A DNA stretch of 64,000 nt from Mobula hypostoma (taxonomy: Eukaryota), in contig NC_086108.1 in NCBI RefSeq assembly GCF_963921235.1, positions 39,682,001-39,746,000 on the forward strand. The letters run 5' to 3'. Both the position numbers and the translations under genes were made by a program. Below, piece by piece: positions 38,901 through 50,715 of the stretch (the first letter of the stretch is position 1; every line of letters starts with the position of its first letter). The notes under the pieces were generated by a model that was not told where the DNA came from, did not search any database, and was given only the letters and a program-made list of their open reading frames with translations.

Positions 38901-39600
38901 AAACCCGAAGGGTGACAGCCGCCGGGAAAGCTGCGCGCACACAAACACACCCCCGTGGCAGCAGCCCCGCCCCGCCTGCGAGCGCCGAGCCGGGGAATGC
39001 TGGGATGTGCAGACCTATGGCGGCGCGGATACTGCTGGAGTGCGGCGCGTGATTGCTGCACTGACATCAGCGCGCGAGCATCCGGTCGCCAGCCCGAGTC
39101 CCGGCTTCGCGCGCGCATTTTTTGCCAGAGAACGGGTGCCGCAGGGTGGCCCGAGGCCAGAGTCGCCAAACGGGTAACCGCAGCGCCGTCGGCCGCCTAA
39201 GCTCAGCTTGGTACTTCCTGGTAAGGACATTGTGCGGGCGACCTGCGCAGAGAACTGTCATTCGCTTTCTCTGTGCTCATCTGGCGGCCTTCCTTTTCTA
39301 GTTTATTTCATCACTGCTCTGGCCTTGTTGGTTTGACCGACGAACCGCGTCGTTCCCCTGTATTGAAAGCAGGTGTACCACTTGCCGGCCTAGAGTCTGA
39401 GCTGCTGTTGGTTTATGGCCGGTGCTCCAGCCTTCAGTTGTCACGGTCTCTAAGTACCGTCAACGGAGAGGCAGTGCCAGCCGAGCTGCAACCAAACCGC
39501 TTGTACCGATGTTCTGCCCCTTTTATCCGCCTATTGGCTTTTCAGCGGGCCTGCTCAACCAATTGGTGTTCTGATTGGCTGCCGGGCACGTCAGTTAATC
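38820..39600. promoter_or_regulatory. CpG island, probable bidirectional promoter
   Basis: Only CpG-dense non-repeat block in the window; GC box gccccgccccgcc at about 38964, tgcgcgca at about 38932, CCAAT boxes at 39533-39578. Confidence 0.85.
38990..39220 (+). other. Candidate non-coding first exon of a + strand gene (start approximate)
   Basis: Donor CTG|GTAAGG at 39220/39221 inside the CpG island. Confidence 0.55.
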
Positions 39601-39639
39601 ATTTGGCCTTTGCTTTCAATTAATGAAGTTGCTGTGATT

Positions 39640-40220
39640 CAAAGGACAAAGTTGTCACAGGAACACTTTGGAAACACAAAGGCAGGCATGGCAGGTGATT
39701 TAGGAAGGCCAATACAATGTTGGCATTTACTGTAAGGGATGAAGATATAAAAGTAGAGAATTTTTGATGCAGCCTCTCAAGTTGCTGGCCCGATTGCATC
39801 GGTATACTGTATGGTGTTTTGGTTTCCACAATTAAAGGATACACTGTACTTTGGAGACGGTGCAGAGAATGTTTACTAGCTTGATTACTGAATGAAGGTT
39901 TGAGGATTAAAAAAATATTAGGTAGTTTGTGGTTATAGTCATTGAAGTTTGGAAGAATCAGAGACACTCTTACTAAAACATGTTGGGGGTGGGGTGAGTT
40001 GAAGAGGTTGGCATTGAGAGTGTATTTCCACTGTTGGTGGTGAAGAGTTGAGGGGAGATTTAGAACCAGAGCATAGTTGCCGAATAAGGGATTAACCAGA
40101 TTGGTTACCGATGAGGAATTTCTTTGGTGGGCTGTGACTCCTGGGAATTTTCTAGTCTTGTAGAGGTTTGGTATCAATGAATGTGTTGATGGGTTCACAG
40201 ATTCTGCTTCTGTTTCTTAT
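39640..40220 (+). mobile_element. Old CR1 fragment
   Basis: RKANTMLAFT, YCMVFWFP and GRFRTRA-type remnants. Confidence 0.6.
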
Positions 40221-41161
40221 AATTGAAACTTGGTTGTTAGGATGAGTAAAGTTTTACTTTGTGAAACATTATCTTGCAGTACTGGAAGAAGGTTGGATGA
40301 CAGTCTTCTGAAAAGAACAATGGAGGGTGGGGGAAAAACTTATCTTAACTGGGTAGGTGATTCAGATTCTTTTAACACTTTTAGTCCTTGACACATTTCA
40401 TTTACTTTTGCACTTTTTTTAACATTACCTGAAAATGTGCGAGCATAATACATTCATCAGTTCAAGAGGAATATACTTGGAAATCCTCAATATTAAAACA
40501 AGCATTTCATGGGCAGATTGCTTCTTGGTACATTGGAACAGTGAATAATTTTTGATTCCTCTAGGATTTGTGTTATAGTAGTTGCTTAGTATCATTTTAA
40601 GAATTTCTTCCAAGCAAAATGTATAGTTTTCTCTTCCGTTATTGTGAAACTTAAGATCTTAATGCATTTTAATATTTTGAAAACAAGGTAATGAGGCTTT
40701 TACATTTTGTCTACAAATTTGTCCTTGGTTTTCTGTGAAATTTAAACATATTCTTAAGCTGCACCATTAATCACACAACTATCCCCAACCATCCCTCCAT
40801 TTTGTTCTGAGAATTGTTAAGGCATGGAGGACTGCATTCAGTTTAAGCCTATGACAGCTTGTAATAGAGGAACTTCTTGGTCTCTTGCTGTTCCTTTTTC
40901 CACATAGGCACAAGGCCCAATCCTTTTCTTACTACTCTTTCAAAATTTAATGTTTCCTTGTATCTAGAGATACGAATGAAGGAACTTAAGCACTTGTAAT
41001 AAGCCATTCAGCCCATGTCTCTGCTTGCCATCTTTTATCTTTGGTTCACTTTCCTGGTTGTGTCCCTTAAATTTGGTTCCTTGATAGGCCCATCAAATCA
41101 TATCTGCTGACCTCTCACTTTGAGACTAATTCATGTCAGGACACCCAATAAGGGAAGGTGT

Positions 41162-41292
41162 CAAACAAGAGAAAATCTGCAGATGCCAGAAATCCGAGCA
41201 ACACACACATAATGCTGGAGGAACTTAACAGACCAGGCAGCATCTATGGAAAAGTGTACTTCCGATGTTTCGGGCCGAAACCTGTCAGCAGG
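41162..41292 (-). mobile_element. PLE pLTR 3' fragment
   Basis: Homologous to 33092-33230 (tctgcagatgc...gcagcatctatg...gtttcgggccga). Confidence 0.75.
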
Positions 41293-44200
41293 GAAAGTGT
41301 CATCTTTGTTTCCACCCTGTCAAGTTTTCGTATGTTTCAATAAGTTCGTCTTGCTTAAACTTTTTTCGTAGGACAACTCCTTTGCCCAACCCCCATGAAC
41401 CCTAGGAATCAATTTGGTGAAGCTATTTGTATTCTACTGGAAATCTATCCTTCCTAGGTAGAAAGTGTAGACCGGTTTCATGTTCTGTCCCAATGGAGCC
41501 TCTGTAATTGGAACATAAAGTTTAATTTGCTAATTCCTTGCTGATATTTCATGGTAATTTGCACATATTTGTATTTAAAGACAACCAGCTCACACTGAAC
41601 ACCAATACCTTTCAATCTCTCCCCATTTAAAAATTCATTTTTATTTTCTTTTCTACTGTAAAGTGGTTCATCTGGCATTTTCCACATTGTATTCATCCAT
41701 TTACTTAATCTGTGTCTGAAGGCACATAATCCATGCTAGTAGCTCGGCAGCAATATACATTGATGTTCAGTTTTCTTATCCTGATTATTGATGTTGGTTA
41801 TGAACATTTGATATCACAGCATTAAACCCAGTGCCACCCCACCAGTTACCGCCACCAACATGTTATTTCTGCTGTTTCCTTTCCGTTAACTAATCCTCAA
41901 TCCATGCTGGTATATTCCTAGTCTTGTGTTCTCTAATTTTAATTAATACTTTTTCTTTTGTCTTGTGTGCATGTGTGTAAATATATTTTGCTTGTCTGCC
42001 CCTCCTGCTACTTATTTATTATCTTCCTAGCTGCCTCATTTGAACATACTTCCAAATTTAGTATTATCTATAAATTTTATCAAGTCCACCGCAGCCATTT
42101 CATGCTAATATCACTGTGAGTGGGAGGGGGTTGTCGGTGCCTATTGTACTCCATTCTGGAAAACATGCATATAACAACTCTATTTTTGTCTGTTTACCAA
42201 CTTTCCATCTGGGCTAGTCTTCCTGAAAATCATATGAACAAGATCTGATGCATTCATTTTATCTTCCTTCCTTTCTTAAGCCCATCACCCCTGCTGGGGC
42301 ATAGGTCACCAACAAGCAGTTCGGCAGAGTGTTCTGTCGTGGGGCAGTCCTCTTCTTTGAAGATTCTTCCTCTTCAGGGGTGAGGCCTCTGGAGCCTCTG
42401 TTGGAGTTTCTGTAGCTCTGGGGTTTTAAAAGGGATGGTGTTGCTCACCCCATCCTGAACCCTCCTCCTTTAGCATCTGAGCTTGGGACTGTCCATGGCA
42501 GAGTTTTATCCACCTTATGACTGAACAAAAAAAAATCAAGTAGATCAATCAAATACTGTTTGCTGCTTTCAGATCTCTGCTGGCTTTCATTTAATTCCAC
42601 CTCCTGCCTAGTTATTTTGCTCAATTTTGTTGGTTAACTTTACATGAAGTGAACAAGCAAGACATTGTTAGCATTTTCCATTACAGAAATTTATATTTGT
42701 TTGCTCTGTTATTTGAAGTAGTTCTGACAGAGATGAGTTGACTAAACTTTGTTTCATTCTGGTTTTTTTATAGATGTGTTGACATGCATGTGAAATGAAA
42801 ACTATGCTTTTTGAAAATATTGTTCTTAATATTGATTAATCTTTATGTATAAAGAAATGCCTCCAATCAACCATTTTTGATATTTGCCTTGCAGTATTTC
42901 ATCCTGTTTCCCCCCAGTCTTGAACAGCGCACAGGATGATTTTAACTTCATCTCTGAAGGCTCAAATCTTTTTTGGTCTTTTATGGTTGAATAGTTTAGT
43001 TTAGCCATATAACTCTCTTCTCCGATAATGTTTTTTCTCTTCTTAAGCACAGTTTCCAAGGCTAGATCAGTGAACTGATTGTGTGTATTGGGCGGTGGAA
43101 GGGAATCGGTGGAGAGAGTTGCATGTCATTTTTATAGATTCAATTTGCGTTCCTATCGTTTATAGCCATTCCTGTTGTTTTAATTCAAATACTGTGGCTT
43201 CTTGATAGCTCAAATAAAAAAAAATGCTGACTTTCTCTGGAAGGATGTTACATAAGGGTGTAGGAGCAGACATAGATTCTTTGTGCTTATTCTACCATCA
43301 ATAAGATAATGACTGATCAGATCTTGCCATTGATTCTGTTTTTCTACTCTTACTTGAATTCAGTTCGTTTCAAGTCCAGTGGCATCATGCACTTTTTAAG
43401 TGTTATTTTTGATAAGTTGGTGTCTGGGTATTTAATGTCTTTTTCGAAGGAATTAATTCATTCTGAACCCACTGAGTCTAGTGAAACCAAAAATTCTCAG
43501 GTTCAGTTGGTTGGTGATTAGTGGAGTGACTCTGATAATTATTTTTTTTTCTCTCTGTAACAATACTCAAATAATTTCTGGAGCAAAAAACAAACCACTG
43601 GAGGAACTCAATAAGTTGAGCAGTATCAGTTTAGGAGGCAGAGGACGACTGTATCAGGGTCTGAGTGGAGAGGAAGATAGCATAAAGAGGAAGAGCAGAA
43701 GGATGAGACAGGCTGGTATGTGATAGGACTAAGGAGGGATAAACTATGATTGGAGAAGGAGCTAGGTGGGGGCTTCCACCTATCAGCACTTGCCTGTGTC
43801 TCAATAACTCAACCCCTTCCCCAACCCCACTTGCATGATTTTATGTCATATCTGTGGCCTAATTCCATATATCTGTTGTTGGTACTTGGATATTGCAAGG
43901 TTACTAATCTATCATACAGAGACTGGGGCCATTGTTCTGGAAATGAGTTCTAGTACCACCGAGGGAGTTGGATGAAGTTGTATTCAAATAACTAAATAAA
44001 TCTGGAATAAAGAAAATCCATCATTAATAGCAGTCACAAACCATTGAATTGCTACAAGAAGTTATTTGGTTAATTAATTCCTTTAAAAAATGTTGCCCTT
44101 ATCCAACCTATTTTGTAGCTGACTGGAGATCCATCAATGTCATTAACTCTAATTCTCTTCTCACTTCAGTAAGGGATGATAAAATATTTCTGACTTGTCA

Positions 44201-44364
44201 GCAGCACCCACAACTCAGAATTGAACTTAAATCAGTTCAGATTTAAAATCAACAATTGATTGACATTGATTGCTTTCTTCCAAAGATAGCTCAGCTTCCA
44301 CCTCCGTTTCCATTGAAAGTATTATTTTACCGAATTGTTGAAGGCATGGTTGCAAATTTTTGAT

Positions 44365-44635
44365 AAACACAAGAGATTATGTGGACGGTGGAAATCTAGA
44401 GCAGCGCGCACAAAATGCTAAAGTAACTTAGGCAACATGTATGGAGGATAATGTGAGAGTAACCTCATCATGACAGTAGAGGAGGCTACGGACTGACATG
44501 TCGTTATGGGAATGGGAAGTAGAATTAAAATGGTTGGCCGCTGGGAAATCCCGCCTTCTGTGGCGGATGTAGTGAAGCTGTTTGACGAACTTTTTCCACA
44601 GTCTACGTCAGTTCTCACTGATGTAGTGGAGACTG
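44365..44635 (-). mobile_element. PLE GIY-YIG fragment plus pLTR end
   Basis: LHYISEN*RRL...DFPAANHFNSTSHSHNDMSVRSLLYCHDE. Confidence 0.7.
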
Positions 44636-47600
44636 TACTAGGGGTTGCAAATTTTTGCTTGTGTACCCTAATCCCAGGCAGCAGAAATACATTTCCTTTA
44701 CCTATTTCCTTTATCTATTTACCTAAAGGAAATACATTTCCTTTACCTAGTTCTCCTCTGATGTGAAATTGAATTGAATTGACTTTACTTCTTACATCCT
44801 TCACATACATGAGTAAAAGTCTTTACGTTACATCTCCATCTAAATGTGCAATGTGCAATCATAGTAATTTATAATAAATAGAACAGTCAATGTAATATAG
44901 AGTACACTCAAATCAGCACGGGTTCATCGGTCTGATGGCCTGGTGGTATTTCCTTAAATAAATCTTAGAGATAACAAGCCCATTTTTATTCAGCATTCCA
45001 ATACTGAAATACTTTTAATCGAAAGTAACAAATGTCATCCTTTCCAATTGTAATAAAGATAATTTAATACTCTTTTGACTTCATTATAAAACCATTGACA
45101 TGATCGGCCACAACGTCTTCATGTACCTTTCTACTATTGTTTAGTAGGAATGGAAGCAGTCATATTTTTATGTTAATCATAGTCAGAGAATCACTTGGTC
45201 TAGTTTCTCCTTTAGCTTCTACACTGTGACTTGTAATATTCCTGAAGGATCTCTCTTTTGGGGAGCTGCCCCATTGCTGAGTTCCATGGTGTCCTTTAGT
45301 AATAGCATTCAACAATACACTGAAGTTCAGCTCTACATTAGTACAGTTGCTTTTAATTTTTTTTAGTCTCAGAGTTGTCAGACTACATGTTCAACATCCT
45401 TCAGTGGATGAACAGACATTTTTACTATCTACGTATATGACAGTTGAAACCATTGCCTAGGCAACCATTCAAAATTGAACCAGTTTGTTTGCATTCTTTT
45501 GCAGTATTCTTGACCTTGCTTTAGGTATTACAGATCCTTTCTATTATTTACTCAGCTATTTTTCTCCAACTATAGCTGTCCAACATTATTTTTTACCCTC
45601 CTTCTCCTCTTCATGTTCTGCTAAAACACCAAACTGCCACTCTTTACCTCAACTATTCAAAAGCATTCTTATCATACATTTTCACTCTACCGTCTATAAT
45701 CTTGTCATCCAAACTTGTCCTAGTCCTGTTTAGGCATCCCTTCAGTATATATATTTTTAATCATTATGGATTTTAAAACTCTCTTTAACCTTGCCCATCC
45801 TGTTTCTTTGTAATATCTCTATTCCCACCATGGGCCTGACTTTTGTTAATTGCAGTTTAACAGTTATCTGGTTGTATTCTAATTAGCTTTTGTATGTATA
45901 ACAGTTTAATATGCCTCTAGTGGTGTTAAAAAGTATAATTCTAAAGCTTCTGTTCTTTCATTAAGTGGCTAATATTTTCTCATTGGTTAACTTTTTACTG
46001 CAGTAATGAATAAGTATTTTCTAATTGAATTATTGTTATCTATAGATTAGAATGGAATTTTCCTTCTCTCTAAGGTATAAAAGCAGCTGTTTTGTGCTAG
46101 ACATTTTCTTTCTCTTGAGAGTAGTGAGGCCAACTGTCACTGTTTTGTTCCTGTTCTATCAACCCTTAATAAAATAATCGTGAAGCAAGTTTTAGGCCTT
46201 GTTCCTGACTTCTAAAAGAATCTTGGATTTAAAGACCAGAGTCCAACACTATCAAAGCCCCAAACTCTGTAATATCTTCTCTAAATCTCTTTGCCTTTCT
46301 GTCCACCAGATATTCTGTAAAGTTTACCGTAGTCTCCTTGATTTGTGTTTTTGCTCTTCTAATTCAGTGTCACCTTAAGTGGCTGTGTCATATTTGGTTT
46401 TTAATACATCAAAAGGGAACTGGGTAAGTAAATGAAAAAAAGAGAATTTACAAAACCACGGGAAAATAGGACTAACTGAATGGTCTTTACCTTGAGATTT
46501 GATGGCTTGAATAGCCCCTTTTCATACTGTAAGTATTGTGTGTGACCTGTCTAGGGTTTAATTCAGTTGCTCTAAAGATTATTCCACCTTGATTTTAGGT
46601 ATCAAAACTAACATTATTTTATCATTATGATTATTGTCTGTTATATCAGACTCCATAATGATGCCAGTTTAAGTACTTATTTCTAATGTTTCAAACTTTG
46701 TACATTTTAGTAACTTCTTGTTATTCCTTTTCTTGCGTTCAAAGTGTGTGACTTCCTTGTCTGCATTAAAAATCAATTTAGCATATGCTTACCCATTGCT
46801 TGATTGATTTTTTTTTGTACATTTGTGATTCCATCTGCGTTGTCTCTTTTCTCCCTTCTTCAACCAGTCACTCGGTGTCAAGGATGACTGTCTTCCTTTT
46901 GAGCTTTGTGGGATCTGAGATGGTTGGAATCCTCTACTGATCTGTAAGCTCTGCCAAAGATGCGGCAGGTGGAGTTTGACAGGGTTGTGTGGGCTGTTGT
47001 ATGCTCTTGCTATTGTTTGCAAATGGCTTCCAAGTGCTTCTGTCATAGAGATTCAAAGTACTCAGTGCCTTCCTAAATGTTCCAGATCCACCAATCTTTG
47101 TTACTGGCAAACTGTCCTTTTATCTCATCTGAGCTATTAATAAATATGATGAATTGTTGAAACCTTGACCAAGGAATAAAGTGCTTGTTTAAAAAGAAGC
47201 TTAAAATGTGCATTTACGGGATGGGTGCTGTCAAATAATGTATTCTTCAGGGTTGATTCCTTTTCAGACTAAATTCATGTACTCTTATATCTTGGGTTAG
47301 GGTTGTATGCACAAAGGGTCATGTTTTGATTGTTGGTCGCCTTCTTTTACGATATTGTGTACAGCAGGCGCACAATAGTGGTTTCCACACCTGTATTGCA
47401 GCAAATACTCTGATGTATAACATAACTAATACAAACTAAAGCTTTAGTACACAGTGATTTGTATCTTTAAGTGACAGAGGTGTTTTTAATTATACTCATC
47501 TCTAGCTTAACAAAACTTGCTTTAGATACAAGCTATTTTCCCAAACTGTGACTTATGACTTAAAGTGTACTTCCTTTCTATCTTCCATTCCTTTTTATTA

Positions 47601-49295
47601 ATTAGTTCAGATTTAAACCAGGAGCAAAATAATATGGATGATATATATTCAAAATAAAGGCAGAAAAAAATGTCAATGCTCAGCAAATCATGCAGCATTT
47701 GCAGATAGAGTAATGTTTTAGATTGGTGGCCCTTCATCAGAACAATTCTGTGGAGGCATTATCAGCATATTCTATTAACCCTGTTTCAGTACAGCTGCTG
47801 CCTAACTTCAAAAATATCATAAAATTTCCATTTTCATTAGCTTCTGCATTTTATCAGAAGTCTTTCTGTACTTCCCACACAAGGTTTATGGGTATTGTAA
47901 AGATGTCACTTTGTTGCAGTTGGTAACATTCCTGCTTATTGAGTTTATGTTTTAGAAACCCCAATTAAATATTTAAGAATGTAGTCTTGGTTGCTGTTGG
48001 AATGTGTTACTCTATTGTTGGATATGCCATCTTTTGGAAGAGATGCTGAATCAAGGCTATGAAATAGTTGAATATGCCTGTGTTGTACTGTTTGAAGAAG
48101 AGGGAGAATTTTTATTTAGTATTCTCATGTTATTCCCCCTTCAGCCCTAACAGATTTTCTGTATGTATATTTATGATGAACATCCACAAACTACAAGTTA
48201 CCATTTTTGGTTACATTCTTTTTCCCACCTCTCTTTGAACTCATTCTTTGTTTCTATTTGTCACTGTTATTGGAGTAACCTAAGAAAGGTCTTTGCTATT
48301 GAGCCTGCTTGCTAGCAATTAAATTGGTAGTTAATTTGTCAACAAGAGCTGGCATTTTCTATCTCCCAAAACCCAGAGAAAAAAGTTGATAATTCTGAGA
48401 TGGAAGCAGAATGTCAGTAATGGCGGCTTGTGTAGATCATTTGTAGAGCTACAATAAATTTAACTCAGAAGAAAGCTTTGTGATACTTGTTTGAACTACT
48501 GCATTAAGGTTTACTTCAACATGTGAAAATGAAACAGATCAGAGCGAAGAATATTTTTAAATAACTTATGTACCCCTTTGAAATGTTTTCCAATGTAATG
48601 TCAAAAGGAAGTTATTTTGTGGGGGGGGGGGGAGAAAGAAATGGCATTAATTCCATGCTTTTATCAAATTTAGGATATCCCCAAATGCTTTACTGACACT
48701 AAGATAGTTATTTTACAAGTATAATGGTCAAAACACAGCAGCCGGTTTCCCTTAAATTCAATGGATTTTTAATTTTCTGGCTAGTCTGATCTTGCCAAAC
48801 CATTGATTAAGTCCATATACAAATGAAATGTATGATTTCCATCAATTTGTCGCGGCATCATAATTCAGTCAGGTTAGTCCATGCTGATTTCTCTTGATTA
48901 ACACCTTCTTTTGTAAGTGTTAAAGTGTTAAAATTGTAATTTTTAGCTGACTGACTTGTAATACTTTGGTCTGTTCACTTCAACACTTTCAGCAGTCTTC
49001 CAATCCTTGGGCACCAATTATGTAGCCAGATAGAAAAATGAATGTGCTAGAGCTGCTTGGCTCTTGTTGGAAAGGAAACGTGGTTAGTGCTTCAGATCTG
49101 ACCTTTCATCAGAGGTATTGAAAAGTAATGGTTAGAACTTTTACCATTTATTCATTCTTTGCAACGTGGGTGTTAATTCTATGTGAATCTTGGTATTATA
49201 TTTTTAAAGTTACTAAATGCTTTAATGTTTAATCTCCCCCAACATTTATTCCTCCACTATTTCACATTTATTTAATGTGTTTCTGGAATCCCCTG

Positions 49296-50530
49296 TAGAA
49301 ACATAGAAAACCTACAGCACAATACAGGCCCTTTGGCCCATAATGCTGTGCCAAACATATCCTTACTTTAAAAATTACCTTGGGTTACCCATAGCCCTCT
49401 ATTTTTCAAAGCTCCATGTACTTATCCAGGAGTCCCTTAAAAGACCCTATCGTATCCGCTTCCGCCACTGTCACTGACAGACAGCCTATTCCACGCACTC
49501 ACCACTCTCTGCAGTTTAAGAAAAAAACACTTACCTCTGACATCTCCTCTGTACCTATTTCCAAGCACCTTAAAACTGTGCCCTCTCGTGTTAGCCACTT
49601 CAGCCCTGGGGAAAAAACTTCTGACTATCCGCACGATCAGTGACTCTCATCATCTTATACACCTCTATCAGGTTACCTCTCATCCTCCACCGCTCCAAGG
49701 AAAAAAGGCCGAGTTCACTCAACCTATTCTCATAAGGCATGCTCCCCAATCCAGGCAACATCCTTGTAAATCTCCTCTGCGCCCTTTCTATGGTTTCCAC
49801 ATCCTTCCTGTAGTGAGGTGACCAGAACTGAGCACAGTACTCCAAGTGGGGTCTGACCAGGGTCCTAAATTAGATTATGAGAACACTGAGTCCTCGTTTA
49901 TTGTCATTTAGAAATGCATGCATTAAGAAATGATACAATGTTCCCCCAGAGTGATATCACAGAAAAACAGGACAAACCAAAGACTAACACTGACAGAACC
50001 ACATAATTATAACATATAGTTACAGTTGTGCAAAGCAATACCATAATTTGATGAAGAGCAGACCATGGGCACAGTAAAAAAAAAGCCTCAAAGTCCCAAT
50101 GGACTCCCGAGTCCCCAATAGCAGGCGGCAAAAGGGAGAAACTCCCTGCCATAAACCTCCAGGCACCAACAACTGCTGATGCATTGGAACCACCAATAGT
50201 TGTAACATTACCTCTCGGCTCTTAAACTCAACCCCACGGTTGATGAAGCCCGATGCACTGTATGCCTTCTTAACCACAGAGTCAACCTGTGCGGCAGCTT
50301 TGAGTGTCCAATGGACTCAGACCCCAAGATCCCTCTGATCCTTCACACTGCCAAGAGTCTTGCCATTAATGCTATATTCTGCCATCATGTTTGACCTACC
50401 AAAATGAGCCACCTCACCACTTATCTGGGTTGAACTCCATCTGCCACTTCTCAGCCCAGTTTTGCATCCTATCGATGCCCCACTGTGACCTCTGACAACC
50501 CTCCACACTATCCATAATACCCCCAACCTG
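49296..50530 (-). mobile_element. CR1 3' part interrupted by another non-LTR 3' fragment (about 49870-50195)
   Basis: Collinear with 37143-37890 on both sides of the insert. Confidence 0.85.
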
Positions 50531-50715
50531 TCCTTTTCCAATTCTTTCCACTTGCACTCCTCCAGAATTTGTTCACTTATCATTGCTTTGTGATGTGCTA
50601 ATAGAAGCATATAAATCTTGTTCGAAGTTCGGCTCTGAACTTTGAAATTTCCTCAGTCCTTCCTCTAATTCAAATTATTCCCTAAAACTTGTACTTCATT
50701 TCCTAATACTTCCTA

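Noticed and set aside
38870..39623. Several overlapping ORFs in the GC-rich block
   Set aside because: Expected from stop-codon scarcity in a CpG island; no recognisable domain
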